The translations under genes were made by a program, and so were the position numbers. The notes under the pieces are model-generated. The model searched no databases and was not told where the DNA came from. It worked only from the letters and a program-made list of their open reading frames with translations. A stretch of DNA of 63,852 nucleotides, filler included. It is 5 parts of 5 records of this genome, joined end to end, with 100 filler letters (N's around TTAATTAATTAA, not from the genome) between each part and the next. Parts side by side here need not be neighbours in the genome. Positions count along the whole stretch, not along the records: positions 35,457 to 51,167 come from DRR723986_11364; positions 51,268 to 58,503 come from DRR723986_11366; 3 more parts are not named here. The stretch is one strand, 5' to 3'. This document shows positions 42,525 to 53,592 of the stretch, in pieces; position 1 is the first letter of the stretch, and the number at the start of each line of letters is the position of its first letter.

Positions 42525-43946
42525 ATGACGCTGCATATCCCCTTCGACAACTCCTACGCCCGCCTGCCCCGCGACTTCCACGTCCCGCAGGCGCCGGTGC
42601 CGGTCAAGACCCCCTCGCTGATCGCCTTCAATGCGCCGCTCGCGAAGACGCTGAACATCACGGGCGCGGATGACCCCGCCCTTGCCACCCTGTTCTCGGG
42701 CAATGCGCTGCCGCAGGGCGCCGAACCGCTCGCCCAGCTTTATGCCGGGCACCAGTTCGGCCAGTGGAACCCGCAGCTTGGCGATGGCCGCGCCGTCCTG
42801 CTGGGAGAGACCCTGGGCACGGATGGCCAGCGCCGCGACATCCAGCTCAAGGGCTCCGGCGCCACGCCCTTCTCACGCCGCGGCGACGGGCGCGCGTGGC
42901 TTGGTCCGGTGCTGCGCGAATACGTGGTCTCGGAGGCGATGCACGCGCTTGGCATCCCCACGACCCGGGCGCTGGCCGCCGTGCGCACCGGCGAGGACGT
43001 CTGGCGCGAGACCGCCCTGCCCGGCGCCGTGCTGACCCGCGTCGCGGCCAGCCATATCCGCGTCGGCACCTTTCAGGTCTTCGCGGCGCGACGGCAATAC
43101 GAGGCCTTGCAACAGCTCTTCGACTACACGGTCGAACGCCATTACCCGGAGGCGCGCGACCCGCTGGACCTGCTGAAGGCGGTGATCGCGCGGCAGGCCG
43201 ATCTGGTGACGCGCTGGCTGTCGGTGGGCTTCATCCACGGCGTGATGAACACCGACAACTGCACCCTGTCGGGCGAGACCATCGACTACGGCCCCTGCGC
43301 CCTCCTCGACGTCTACAACCCCGAGACGGTCTTTTCCTCCATCGACCGGTTCGGGCGCTACGCCTACGGGGCACAGCCCGACATCATCGTCTGGAACATG
43401 GCGCAGCTGGCCACCGCGCTGGTGCCGCTGATGCCCGACGAGGATGCGGCGATCACGGCCTTCACCGAGGCCGTTCACGCCATGCCCGCCCTGATCCGCG
43501 ACGGCTGGCTGCGGCGCTTCGGCGCCAAGATCGGCCTTGCCGAGCCGCGCCCCGAGGATGCCACGCTGATCGGCGACCTGCTGGAGCTGATGGACCGCGG
43601 GCAGGCCGATTTCACCAATACCTTCCGCGCGCTCGGCGAGGGGACCGCCCGCGACGAGGTCACGGACCGCGCCGGCTTCGACGCCTGGGCCGACCGCTGG
43701 CACCGGCGGCTCGACGAGGAAACCGGAGACCCCGTCGCCCTGATGCGGGGCACGAACCCCGCCATCATCCCCCGCAACCACCGCATCGAGCAGATGATCG
43801 AGGCCGCCGTGGCCGGGGACGATGCGCCCTTCCACCGTCTGAACGCGGCCCTGGCCACCCCCTTCGACAGCGCCCCCGGGGACGCCGATCTGCGCCGCCC
43901 GCCGACCCCCTCCGAGGTGGTGCCCGCGACCTTCTGCGGGACCTGA
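42525..43946 (+). CDS. selO: Protein adenylyltransferase SelO (YdiU)
   Basis: [29 protein letters not shown] and C-terminal TFCGT (Cys, no Sec). Confidence 0.95.
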   Translation: MTLHIPFDNSYARLPRDFHVPQAPVPVKTPSLIAFNAPLAKTLNITGADDPALATLFSGNALPQGAEPLAQLYAGHQFGQWNPQLGDGRAVLLGETLGTDGQRRDIQLKGSGATPFSRRGDGRAWLGPVLREYVVSEAMHALGIPTTRALAAVRTGEDVWRETALPGAVLTRVAASHIRVGTFQVFAARRQYEALQQLFDYTVERHYPEARDPLDLLKAVIARQADLVTRWLSVGFIHGVMNTDNCTLSGETIDYGPCALLDVYNPETVFSSIDRFGRYAYGAQPDIIVWNMAQLATALVPLMPDEDAAITAFTEAVHAMPALIRDGWLRRFGAKIGLAEPRPEDATLIGDLLELMDRGQADFTNTFRALGEGTARDEVTDRAGFDAWADRWHRRLDEETGDPVALMRGTNPAIIPRNHRIEQMIEAAVAGDDAPFHRLNAALATPFDSAPGDADLRRPPTPSEVVPATFCGT

Positions 43947-43954
43947 GGCCAGCC

Positions 43955-44875
43955 CTAGACCGGCGCCCCCCGACGCTTGTCCTGAACGGGCTTGCCGGGG
44001 CGGCGGCGGTTGATCAGCACGATGCCCACCGCCACCAGCCCCAGGGCGCCCAGAAAGCGGATAGAGACCGGCTCGTCGAAGACCAGCCAGCCGAAGCCCA
44101 CAGCCAGAACCGGCGAGAGGAAGCTGAACGAGGCCACGTCCGAGGCCGGATAGATCGTCATGAGCCGCAGCCAGAACAGGAACCCCAGCGAGGCCACGAC
44201 CACCCCGTATCCAAGCGCCGAAAAGGCCAGAAGGTCCGACTCTCGCCACAGCGGCCCCATGGCCCAGCCAAGGCCTGTCAGAACGATGGCCGAGACTCCC
44301 AGCTGCCAGATCAGCTGCGATTCGGGTGTGATCTCGGAAACCCGCGTCAACCGGACCACCAGGGCGATCGCGGTCCAGGAGAGCGAGGCGCAGACCGCCA
44401 GCAGGTCGCCGCGCAGGTCTCCGGCGCCGCGGCTCTGCGGATCGGCAAGCGCCCATGCGACACCCGCCACCGCCAGTCCCAGCCCCAGCAGGCGGCGCGG
44501 CGACAGGCGCTCTCCCGGCAGGGTGAAATGCGCGATCCCCGCCAGCCAGACCGGCATGCAGTAAAAGGCGATGGACGCGCGCGAGACCGTCGTCAGATCG
44601 AGCGCCGAGAAGAGAAAGATGAACTCGAGGCTGAACAGCACGCCGAGCGCCAGCCCGGACCAGACCGTCGCGCCGAGCCCCCCGGGCCTGCGCCGCATGA
44701 CGAGGCACCACAGCCCCAGCACCCCCAGCGCCAGAAGCGACCGCAGCCCGGCGCCGAAGATCGGTCCGATCCCGGCGTTGCTCAGCTTGATGACGACCTG
44801 GTTGAAGGCCAGGGCGGCGGCGAAGACCGAAAGGCCTGCGGCCCCTGCGAGGTCCATGGAGTGCTTGCGTGCCAT
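43955..44875 (-). CDS. DMT/EamA family transporter
   Basis: About 10 TM helices in two EamA repeats; LPGERL and FDEP motifs. Confidence 0.9.
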   Translation of the reverse strand: MARKHSMDLAGAAGLSVFAAALAFNQVVIKLSNAGIGPIFGAGLRSLLALGVLGLWCLVMRRRPGGLGATVWSGLALGVLFSLEFIFLFSALDLTTVSRASIAFYCMPVWLAGIAHFTLPGERLSPRRLLGLGLAVAGVAWALADPQSRGAGDLRGDLLAVCASLSWTAIALVVRLTRVSEITPESQLIWQLGVSAIVLTGLGWAMGPLWRESDLLAFSALGYGVVVASLGFLFWLRLMTIYPASDVASFSFLSPVLAVGFGWLVFDEPVSIRFLGALGLVAVGIVLINRRRPGKPVQDKRRGAPV

Positions 44876-44987
44876 GCGCCCTTGGACCCCCGACCGCGGG
44901 CGGCGTCAATCCCCGAACGCGCCCCGCCCTTGCCCCGCGCCGGAAACCTGTCATCCTCCCCCAAGAGCCGAGAAGGAGGATCAAGGC

Positions 44988-45854
44988 ATGGGTCTCATGG
45001 GAACACTGGCCAAGATGGCCATCGGATACGCCGCGGCGCGCGGCGTCGACCGGATGTCGGGGGGACAAGGCCTCGGGTCGTTGCTGGGCGGCGGCGCACA
45101 GATCAAGGGCCGCGAGCCCGCCTCGCGGATGCAGGCGCAGATGGGTCAGGCGCTGTCGGGACAGGGGCTTGGCGACGCCGGGGGCACCGGCGGCAGCAAC
45201 CCCATGGCCGGGCTGATGGAGATGTTGCAGAAAGGCGGGCTTGGCGGCTTGGGCGCCGGTTCGGGCGGCAACCCGCTGGCGGCGATGATGCAGCAACTTC
45301 AGTCGGGCGGCATGGACCCCTCTGCCCTGCGCGGCACCACCGGGGCACCGGGCGGCGGGCTGCTGTCGCAACTGGGCGGCGGCGGCACCGGGCTTGCGGG
45401 AATGCTGGCGGCCCTCGGCGGCGCTGCGGCGGGCGCGCAGGGCAAGGGCGCGAGCGCCATGGCCGACGGGCTGGCGCAGACGCCCATGGGACCAGAGATG
45501 GAAAAGGCCGCCGCGCTCATGTTGCGCGCCATGATTCAGGCGGCCAAGGCGGACGGGGAAATCGACGCCTCGGAACGGGCGAAGATCCTCGAAACGCTGG
45601 GCGAGGATGCGGATGCCTCGGACAAGGCCTTCGTCGAAGCGCAGCTTGCCGCGCCCGTCGACCCAGAGGCCCTTGCCGCGGACACGCCAGAGGCGCAGCG
45701 GATGCAGGTCTATTCCGCCTCGCTCATGACCATCCGCCTCGACACGCAGGCCGAGGCCGAACATCTCGACCGCCTCGCCCGGGCGATGTCGCTGGACGAG
45801 GGCACGGTGAACGCGCTTCACATGCAGATGGGCATGCAGCCGCTCTACGCCTGA
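44988..45854 (+). CDS. DUF533 (YebE/TerB-like) protein with Gly-rich N-terminus
   Basis: RAMIQAAKADGEID..E and VYSASL motifs; AGGAGG RBS ahead of ATG 44988. Confidence 0.88.
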   Translation: MGLMGTLAKMAIGYAAARGVDRMSGGQGLGSLLGGGAQIKGREPASRMQAQMGQALSGQGLGDAGGTGGSNPMAGLMEMLQKGGLGGLGAGSGGNPLAAMMQQLQSGGMDPSALRGTTGAPGGGLLSQLGGGGTGLAGMLAALGGAAAGAQGKGASAMADGLAQTPMGPEMEKAAALMLRAMIQAAKADGEIDASERAKILETLGEDADASDKAFVEAQLAAPVDPEALAADTPEAQRMQVYSASLMTIRLDTQAEAEHLDRLARAMSLDEGTVNALHMQMGMQPLYA

Positions 45855-46083
45855 AACCGGACCGGGGCATTGCCTTGCCCCGGTGCCGACTTCCCCAAGG
45901 ACTTGCGCGGCACAAGGCAAGTCATCCCGTCCGCCCCCATGCCGCCGAAACGGCCCCCGCAGGCACACCGCGCGGTCTGGCGCGCCCGTGCCCGAACCCC
46001 GCCCTGTCGGGTGCGGCCCCGCCCCTCTTGGCCTTGGCCCACGCGTCGCATAGAACAGGACACCAACCAGCGGGACCGGAGCC

Positions 46084-46497
46084 ATGACAGACAGGATCGC
46101 AAAACGCTGCGCGGCCCAGGGCCTGCGCATGACCGGACAGCGCCGCACGATCGCCGAGGTGCTCGACGCCGCCTCGGACCACCCGGATGCCGAGGAACTG
46201 CACGCCCGCGCTTCGGCCCGGGACCCGGGGATCTCGCTGGCCACGGTCTACCGCACGGTGAAGATCTTCGAAGAGGCCGGGATCCTCGAAAAGGTCGACT
46301 TCGGCGACGGACGGGCCCGCTACGAGGATGCCGAACGCGACCACCACGACCATCTGATCGACCTCGACACCGGCAAGATCATCGAATTCGTCGACGAAGA
46401 GATCGAGGCCCTGCAGGAAAAGATCGCGCGCAAGCTTGGCTACCGCCTGACCGGCCATCGGATGGAGCTTTACGGCGTGCCGCTGAAGAAGGGCTGA
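46084..46497 (+). CDS. fur: Fur/Mur family regulator
   Basis: GLRMTGQRR, HPDAEEL, SLATVYRT and HHDHLID motifs. Confidence 0.93.
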   Translation: MTDRIAKRCAAQGLRMTGQRRTIAEVLDAASDHPDAEELHARASARDPGISLATVYRTVKIFEEAGILEKVDFGDGRARYEDAERDHHDHLIDLDTGKIIEFVDEEIEALQEKIARKLGYRLTGHRMELYGVPLKKG

Positions 46498-46663
46498 ACC
46501 GCCCCGACGCCGGACCGGCACCACGGATGCGGCCCCGTTGCCCAAACCCGCCCGACAGGACCAAACGCCCGCCTGTGCCAGAAGCCCCGGCCCGCCACCC
46601 AGGGTTCGGCCCGAACCGGGGACATCCCGGCGGGCCGCGCAGGGCACGGCGCAAAGGCGCGTC

Positions 46664-47383
46664 TCAGCCCAGCAGCACAGAGACCCGGCGGTTCTGCCTG
46701 CCCTTGTTCTCGATCTTGCCCAGCCGCAGCGCGCCAATCTCTCCGGTGCGCGCCACATGGGTGCCGCCGCAGGGTTGAAGATCGACCGGCGGCGCGCCCT
46801 CCTCGCCGATGCGCACCAGACGGATCCGTCCGGCGCCGCGCGGCGGCTTTACCGAAAGCGTCTTCACCAGATCGGGCTGCGCATCCAGCTCCGCCTCGGA
46901 GATCCAGCTTTCGGTGACCGGCAGATCGCGGTCCACGAGGGCATTCAGCGCCTCTTCTACCGCCTCGCGATCCTGCGGGGGCTCGGGCATCAGGAAGTCC
47001 AGCCGCCCGCCCCCGGCGCCGATCTGGCCGCCCGTCACCGGCAGGGGGATCACCACGCTGAGCAGGTGCAGCGCGGTGTGCACGCGCATATGGGCGTGAC
47101 GCCTCTCCCACGACAGATGCTGCACCACATGGGCCCCGACCGGGGGCAGCGCCGCCGGCTCGGCGGGCACCAGAACCGAGGACTGGCCGTCCTCTGCCTT
47201 GACCGCCGTGGCGATGGGCAGACGCCGTCCGTCCCAGTCCAGCCAACCGCTGTCGCCGGGCTGCCCGCCGCCCTTCGGGTAGAACAAGGCGCGGTCGAGG
47301 ATCACGCCGCCCTCGGGCGTGATCGCCGTCACGCGGGCCGAAGCCTCGCGCAGATAGGGGTCGTCCCGGTACAAAAGCGTCAT
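46664..47383 (-). CDS. alaX: AlaX alanyl-tRNA editing protein
   Basis: FYPKGGGQPGD, HTALH and CGGTHV motifs. Confidence 0.93.
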   Translation of the reverse strand: MTLLYRDDPYLREASARVTAITPEGGVILDRALFYPKGGGQPGDSGWLDWDGRRLPIATAVKAEDGQSSVLVPAEPAALPPVGAHVVQHLSWERRHAHMRVHTALHLLSVVIPLPVTGGQIGAGGGRLDFLMPEPPQDREAVEEALNALVDRDLPVTESWISEAELDAQPDLVKTLSVKPPRGAGRIRLVRIGEEGAPPVDLQPCGGTHVARTGEIGALRLGKIENKGRQNRRVSVLLG

Positions 47384-49830
47384 CGTCCGTCACCCCCGTC
47401 CACATCCGCATCGGCCCCGTAGGACCCGGGTTCCGGGCGCTCCTGCCTTTGCTGAACCACGGTCGTTTCGGGCTCTGCCGGGCCGGTGGTCGATGGCGCC
47501 GCCGCGGCCACCGCCGGCCCGCCCGCGCCAAGCGCCTCGGGATTGCGCAGCCAGATGTCGCGCTGCGCGAAGGGAATCTCGATCCCCTCGGCGACGAAGC
47601 GCTCGGCGATCTGGTGGTTCATCTCGGTGCGCACGACCAGCCCCTGCCCCACGTCGCGCAGGATCACCCGGACCTCGAAATCCATGCCATCGGCGCCGAA
47701 GCCATTGAAGACCACCATCGGCGCGGGGTTCATCAGCACCATGTCGTGCTGGCGCGCGATATCCAGCAGGATCTTCTCGACCTTCCGCGTATCGGTGCCA
47801 TAGGCCACGCTGACCGACAGGATCAGCCGTCCCAGCGAATTGCCCCGCGTGTAGTTCGCCACCGTGCCAGAGACGAAATCGGCATTGGGAATGATCAGGT
47901 CGTAGCGGTCGAAGGTCTCCAGCCGGGTCGAGCGGACAGAGATGTCCTTGACGATGCCATGGGTCCCGTTGACCTCGATCCAGTCGCCCTCGCCGATGGG
48001 CCGCTCGATCAGCAGGATGATCCCCGAGACGAAGTTCGAGACGATGTTCTGCAGGCCGAAGCCGATCCCCACGGACAGCGCGCCCGCCACGATGGCCAGC
48101 GACGACAGATCCAGCCCCCCCGCCGTGATGGCGACGATCGCCGCGGCGAAGATCCCGACGTAGCCGATCCCCGAGACGACGGCATTCTGCCCCCCCTGAT
48201 CCAGTTTGGTACGCGGCAGGACGGCGGTGCGCAGCGCGCCCTGAAGCAGGCGCGTCACCATGTAGCCGACCACGAAGACGATGATGACCAGCAGGAAATC
48301 CGACGGCGAGATCCGCGTCTCGCCAAAGGTGAACCCTTCCTGGAAACGGGCCCAAATCTCGGTCAGATCGGCCGTTCGCGCACCCCAGATCAGCGCAAGC
48401 AGGGGCGTCGCGGCAATCGCAAGGGCGAAGCCCGCCAGCACCGGCCAAAGGCTGTTGTCGTCGTCCGGATGGGCGCCGGTCGCCAGTTCGTAGAGGTTGT
48501 TGATGAACTGCTGCAGCACCATGATGAGCGCCACGAGACCCAGCGTCGCGATGGCCGGGTAGATCAGCGCCTCGCCCACACGCATGTAGCCGATGGCCGC
48601 AAGCACCGGCCCGAGGGCGCCCAGAATCATCGCCGAACGGCCCAGCAGACGGGCCAGCCGCAGCCGGAACAGACCCGCGTCCGTGGCCTCGCGCGCGGCG
48701 CGGCTTCCGGCCATATGGGCCTCGTTGCGGGTGCGCCCCAGCCGGAACAGGAAATAGCCCGAAATCAGCAGGATCGGGAATTGCAGCGCGGCCTCCGTTT
48801 CCGGCGGATAGCTGTCCATCTCGACCAGAACGTCCAGCATGTCGCGCAGCACGTAGCTGACCGACAGGATGTTCACCACGCGCCGTGCGCGGCGCCGGTC
48901 CTCCAGCGCCAGCGGCAGCACCGCCATCTCGTCGCTGTCGTGAAAGGCCTGATCGGCCAGCCAGCGGATCAGCAGCAGCGTGGTGGCCCATGCCGGCAGG
49001 TGCTTCAGGATCACCGACCAGCGCGGGCCGGCGAAGCCCGACAGCACCACGGCCTCGGTCAGCAGCAGGATCCCCACCAGCGGCAGAAGGATCTGCCCCA
49101 GAGAAATGACGAAGCGGATCACCCCCGTGCCGCGCCGCGTGTGTCCGATCAGGCGCGTCACGCCGGACCGCGCCCAGCGGTGGCCGCGCAGGATCAGCAT
49201 CGACCCCAGCGCCAGCAGGATCACGACAGAGGGCAGGCTGCGCAGGGCGTCCGCACGATAGTCGTCAGAGACCAGATTGCGCGCGATCTCCTGCCAGGCC
49301 GCCGCAAGGGACCCGGTCAGGTCTTCCAGCGCCCCGGGCCAATGCACCGGGTTCAAGGGCGACGGCCCCACGGTCAGCAGCGCATCCGCCTGCCGCTCGC
49401 GGATGATGCGGTCGATCTCGGCGATCATGGCGTTGGCGCGGGTATAGGCCTCTTCGGCACGGATCACCGGCGCCCGCGCCTCGGACAGTTGCGCCTCCAG
49501 CGCGCTGCGCCGCTCCGCGATGTCCTCCGGTTCGCTCTCGCCCTCCGCCGGAGGATCCCCCAACGCGCCGATCTGCGCCTGCAGCGTGTCGATCCGCGTG
49601 GCGTTGATCTCCTGCCCGGCAAGGAAGCGCTCTCGCCACGAGGCAAGCTGAGACCGCAGGGCCTCCAGCGTGGCATCGCTGGCGGTGGGTTCCTCGAGGA
49701 TGCGCTCGCCGCTGGCGGCGCGGGTGTCCCAGGCGTTGTAGTCGGGCGCCTCCACCTCCTGCGCGAGGGCGAGCCCGGCGCAGAGGATCAGCGCCAGACA
49801 GGCCGCGACGAGCCGGTGCAGGACCCGCAT
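47380..49830 (-). CDS. MscS/MscK-like mechanosensitive channel with DUF3772 periplasmic domain
   Basis: GALSVGIGFGLQNIVSNFVSG and IPFAQR motifs; N-terminal coiled coil and many TM helices. Confidence 0.92.
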   Translation of the reverse strand: MRVLHRLVAACLALILCAGLALAQEVEAPDYNAWDTRAASGERILEEPTASDATLEALRSQLASWRERFLAGQEINATRIDTLQAQIGALGDPPAEGESEPEDIAERRSALEAQLSEARAPVIRAEEAYTRANAMIAEIDRIIRERQADALLTVGPSPLNPVHWPGALEDLTGSLAAAWQEIARNLVSDDYRADALRSLPSVVILLALGSMLILRGHRWARSGVTRLIGHTRRGTGVIRFVISLGQILLPLVGILLLTEAVVLSGFAGPRWSVILKHLPAWATTLLLIRWLADQAFHDSDEMAVLPLALEDRRRARRVVNILSVSYVLRDMLDVLVEMDSYPPETEAALQFPILLISGYFLFRLGRTRNEAHMAGSRAAREATDAGLFRLRLARLLGRSAMILGALGPVLAAIGYMRVGEALIYPAIATLGLVALIMVLQQFINNLYELATGAHPDDDNSLWPVLAGFALAIAATPLLALIWGARTADLTEIWARFQEGFTFGETRISPSDFLLVIIVFVVGYMVTRLLQGALRTAVLPRTKLDQGGQNAVVSGIGYVGIFAAAIVAITAGGLDLSSLAIVAGALSVGIGFGLQNIVSNFVSGIILLIERPIGEGDWIEVNGTHGIVKDISVRSTRLETFDRYDLIIPNADFVSGTVANYTRGNSLGRLILSVSVAYGTDTRKVEKILLDIARQHDMVLMNPAPMVVFNGFGADGMDFEVRVILRDVGQGLVVRTEMNHQIAERFVAEGIEIPFAQRDIWLRNPEALGAGGPAVAAAAPSTTGPAEPETTVVQQRQERPEPGSYGADADVDGGDGR

Positions 49831-49833
49831 CGC

Positions 49834-50868
49834 TCAGACGTCCTCGAAGACGCCCGGGATGCTGGCGGGTCCGCGCGTCAGCCAGGACGGCGTCGGCAGG
49901 CCCTTCTGTTTCAGGAACTCCGGGTTGAACAGCTTGGACTGATAGCGCGTGCCGTAGTCGCAGAGGATGGTGACGATGGTATGCCCCGGCCCCATCTCGC
50001 GCGCCATGCGGATCGCCCCGGCGACGTTGATGCCGGACGACCCGCCAAGGCACAGCCCCTCTTCGGCCAGCAGGTCGAAGACCACCGGCAGCGCCTCGGC
50101 GTCGGGGATGTTGTAGGCCATGTCGGGGGTGAACCCTTCGAGGTTGGCGGTGATGCGCCCCTGCCCGATGCCCTCGGTGATCGAATCGCCAGAGGCCTTG
50201 TGCTCGCCGGTGGTGTAATAGCTGTACAGCGTCGCGCCATCCGGATCGGCGAGGCCGATCTTGACCCCCTTGGGCTGCAGCGCCAGCGCCGTGCCCGCCA
50301 GAGTCCCGCCGGACCCCACCGCACAGACGAAGCCGTCGACCTTGCCGCCGGTCTGTTCCCAGATCTCGGGGCCGGTGGTCTCGACATGGGCCAGACGGTT
50401 GGCGGTGTTGTCGAACTGGTTGGCCCAGATCGCGCCATGCGGCGCCGTCTTGGCCAGTTCCTCGGCCAGACGCCCGGAATAGCGCACGTAGTTGTTGGGA
50501 TTGCGGTAGGGCGCCGCCGGCACCTGCACCAGCTCGGCGCCGGCGAGCCGGATCATGTCCTTCTTTTCCTGACTCTGGGTCTCGGGAATGACGATGACGG
50601 TCTTGAACCCCATCGAGGCGCCAACCAGCGCCAGACCGATGCCGGTGTTGCCGGCCGTCCCCTCGACTATGGTGCCGCCCGGTTCCAGCAGGCCCTTCTC
50701 CACCGCGTCGCGGATGATGAAGAGCGCGGCGCGATCCTTCACCGACTGGCCGGGGTTCATGAACTCCGCCTTGCCGTAGATGTCACAGCCGGTCATCTCC
50801 GAGGCCTTGCGCAGCCGGATGAGCGGCGTCTGTCCGACGGCTGCAGCCAGATCATGGGCGATACGCAT
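49834..50868 (-). CDS. cysK: Cysteine synthase A
   Basis: NPGQSVKDR, EGTAGNTG, GSGGT and EGIG motifs. Confidence 0.93.
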   Translation of the reverse strand: MRIAHDLAAAVGQTPLIRLRKASEMTGCDIYGKAEFMNPGQSVKDRAALFIIRDAVEKGLLEPGGTIVEGTAGNTGIGLALVGASMGFKTVIVIPETQSQEKKDMIRLAGAELVQVPAAPYRNPNNYVRYSGRLAEELAKTAPHGAIWANQFDNTANRLAHVETTGPEIWEQTGGKVDGFVCAVGSGGTLAGTALALQPKGVKIGLADPDGATLYSYYTTGEHKASGDSITEGIGQGRITANLEGFTPDMAYNIPDAEALPVVFDLLAEEGLCLGGSSGINVAGAIRMAREMGPGHTIVTILCDYGTRYQSKLFNPEFLKQKGLPTPSWLTRGPASIPGVFEDV

Positions 50869-51115
50869 GGCACGGGTCCTTTCCTCGATACGGGCCGTTC
50901 ATGGTGTAGGGCCCTCGCCCGGAGGACGCAAGCCAGCGCCACCGCCATCCGTCCCCGAAGCACCCGGACCGCCGCGCCCCGCCCGCAGCGCTCTGGGCCG
51001 CTCCCCCAACGTCTCCGATCCCCAAACACCCCGGGGACACGCACATGGCGCACGGCCCGCCGGACACCCTGCCCATCCACAAGCCGCCACAGCCACGCCC
51101 ACCAAGCCCCTAGCC

Positions 51116-51167
51116 GCCCCCAGCTTCTCTGGTCCCGAAATACCTCGGGGGAACGCGCGCAGCGCGT
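51116..51167. repeat. Rhodobacteraceae-type REP-like intergenic repeat (partial, at contig end)
   Basis: CTTCTCTGGTCCCGAAATACCTCGGGGGAACGCGC-gca-GCGCGT resembles, from recollection, the CTTCT..AAATAYC.CGGGGG repeats of high-GC Rhodobacteraceae. A degenerate copy lies near 51020-51036. Confidence 0.55.
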
Positions 51168-51267
51168 NNNNNNNNNNNNNNNNNNNNNNNNNNNNNNNNN
51201 NNNNNNNNNNNTTAATTAATTAANNNNNNNNNNNNNNNNNNNNNNNNNNNNNNNNNNNNNNNNNNNN
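51168..51267. other. Artificial contig spacer
   Basis: N44-TTAATTAATTAA-N44. Confidence 0.99.
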
Positions 51268-52947
51268 CCACATCAGGCCGCCCTGTTCGGTGAAATCAAT
51301 CTCGGTGTCCGGCGCGTTGTAGAACCGGTCCGCCCGCAAATGGAACTGGGGTGCCAGGGCCTGCAAGGCAGCGGCCTTGATGGTTTTCTCTTCCGCACCG
51401 CCAGCGCCCTTGTCTGCGCGGAAACGGAATCCGTCCAGCTTGCCTACGTATTCACCTTCAACGGTGACTTCACCGGTCTCGTTTACATCGGCCACCATGG
51501 CTTCCTTCTGTCCTAGCCGGCGCAAAAGCACGGATGTGCGCCGGTCTACAAATCTTTGGGTCAGACGTTCGTGCAGCGCATCTGACAAGCGGTCTTCTAC
51601 GACACGAGTGGCCCCGCGCCAATGGCTTTCGTCTTTGGTCCAGCCCTTACGTTGGGCGACATAGGTCCATGTGCGGATAAATGCCAATCGCTTGGACAGG
51701 GCATCAATGTCGCCATCGGTGCGATCAATCCGCTTGATTTGCCGCGCCAGCCAGTCATCGGGGATTGTACCACGTTGGTGCAGATCGTTGAAAATGATCT
51801 CAAGCAGGTTGGCGTGCTCGGCATGGCTGATGCCGCGAAAATCAGGAATACGGCAGACATCCCACAGCAGTTTTACCGACGGGCCATCACTGCAACGGGC
51901 AAAGACCTCATCGACCTGCCCCAACATCTTGAGCGCCCGCAGATCGTCCGCTTCACGCGCCTTGACCAATCGCTCGTGGTCCGGCGGTGCCTCCAGCGTT
52001 TGAATCAACCGGTCGATGGAGCCGAATTGCAGCGCCGGATTGCGCCAGTTGATCTTGTTTTGCGGCGTAAACGAGTGATCCATGATCGCCCGCGCCACAC
52101 TGTCATCCAAGGGTCGCGCATCGCCGGTGACGCCAAATGTCCCGCTTTTGAAGCCGCGCCCGGCCCGGCCTGCAATCTGCGCCAGCTCATTCGGGGCCAG
52201 TGGGCGCATACGCCGTCCGTCAAACTTGGCCAGCGCGGAGAAGGCCACGTGATCCACATCGAGGTTGAGCCCCATACCAATTGCATCTGTCGCGACGAGG
52301 TAATCGACCTCACCGTTCTGGTACATATCGACCTGTGCGTTGCGGGTGCGCGGGCTAAGCGCGCCCATCACCACGGCGGCGCCGCCCTTTTGCCGGCGGA
52401 TCAACTCTGCGATGGCATAGACGTTTTCCACCGAGAACCCGACAATGGCGGATCGCGGACGCATGCGGCTGATCTTCTTTTGGCCGGCATAGACCAGTTC
52501 TGACATGCGCTCGCGGCGGATAAACTCTGATTCTGGCACCAATGACGCGATGGTGCCGCGCATGGTGTCCGCGCCCAGAAACAGCGTCTCATGCAGCCCG
52601 CGCGAGCGCAGCAACCGGTCCGTGAACACATGCCCGCGCTCAGGATCGGCGCAAAGCTGGATCTCATCGATAGCGACAAAATCCGCGCCCATCCCCTCGG
52701 GCATCGCCTCAACTGTACAGACCCAATATTGGGTGCGCGGCGGCACGATGCGTTCCTCGCCCGTGACCAGCGCCACAACCGACGGTCCGCGCAGGGCAAC
52801 AATCCGGTCATAGACCTCACGCGCCAACAGGCGCAGCGGCAGGCCGATGATTCCGGTCCGGTGACCCAGCATCCGCTCAATGGCATAGGTTGTCTTGCCA
52901 GTGTTGGTCGGGCCCAATACGGCCACGACACGTCCATTCCTTGCCAC
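51268..52947 (-). CDS. Suv3/MgpS-like SF2 helicase, 3' truncated
   Basis: GPTNTGKT, CTVEAMP, DEIQ, ATDAIGMGLN and QIAGRAGR motifs. Confidence 0.92.
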
Positions 52948-52959
52948 GTTGTTCCCCGT

Positions 52960-53517
52960 TCAGAGTTCGCGCCCGATACCGTCCCGTTTCAGGCGGGACA
53001 GTGCGGTTTGTGCATTTTCATGATTGGGGTGAATTGCCAAGACACGGCGGTACAATTCCGCCGCACGCCGCAAATCGCCAAATTCCTGAACCATCACGGC
53101 AAAGCCAAAGATCGCCTCGTAATGTTGCGGGTCCAGCGCCAAAGCGCGTTCCAGATCGGCCAATGCCGGTCCATAAAGATCGCTGCGGAAATAGGCGCGT
53201 GCGCGGCTGTGAAACCCTTCGGCGAAATCCGGCGCGTGGTCGGTCAATGCGGTGAAATGTTCAATGGCCAGCCGGTTGTCGCCCGCCTCCATCGCCTCGC
53301 GCCCACGCTTGAGCAGCAGATCTATCGACGCAGAGCCGGAGCGCGACCAGATGCGCGACATCTCGCCCTCGATCCGCTTGGCCTCTGCCGGTTCGGCATC
53401 GCGCAGTTTGTCGAACAGTTCTGGCGGCGGCACATCCGCCAAAGCCATGCCGGACAGCAACAGCAGCGGCCCAATTGCCGCAACGGTATGTTTGAGGTTG
53501 ACGGGTCTGTTGCGCAT
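52960..53517 (-). CDS. TPR-repeat protein
   Basis: IW..SGS..IDLL motif and three TPR units; signal-like N-terminus. Start position approximate. Confidence 0.85.
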   Translation of the reverse strand: MRNRPVNLKHTVAAIGPLLLLSGMALADVPPPELFDKLRDAEPAEAKRIEGEMSRIWSRSGSASIDLLLKRGREAMEAGDNRLAIEHFTALTDHAPDFAEGFHSRARAYFRSDLYGPALADLERALALDPQHYEAIFGFAVMVQEFGDLRRAAELYRRVLAIHPNHENAQTALSRLKRDGIGREL

Positions 53518-53592
53518 AACAAGAGTGAATGTAACAGGCTGCCGCCGCAATTCCAGACGTGACGGTGGCCAATTAGGCAAAAAGGGCCCAAA

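Noticed and set aside
43930..43946. Selenocysteine read-through at the selO TGA
   Set aside because: The protein ends in the usual bacterial TFCGT with Cys already at the redox position, and the convergent DMT gene ends just after.
42764..46244. 1107-aa (+) and 1123-aa (-) overlapping ORFs
   Set aside because: These are Arg/Pro/Gly-rich off-frame products overlapping selO, DMT and DUF533, explained by stop-codon scarcity at high GC.
47449..51219. 1256-aa plus-strand ORF
   Set aside because: It is the antisense shadow of mscS and cysK in very GC-rich DNA, has no recognisable motifs and runs into the spacer.
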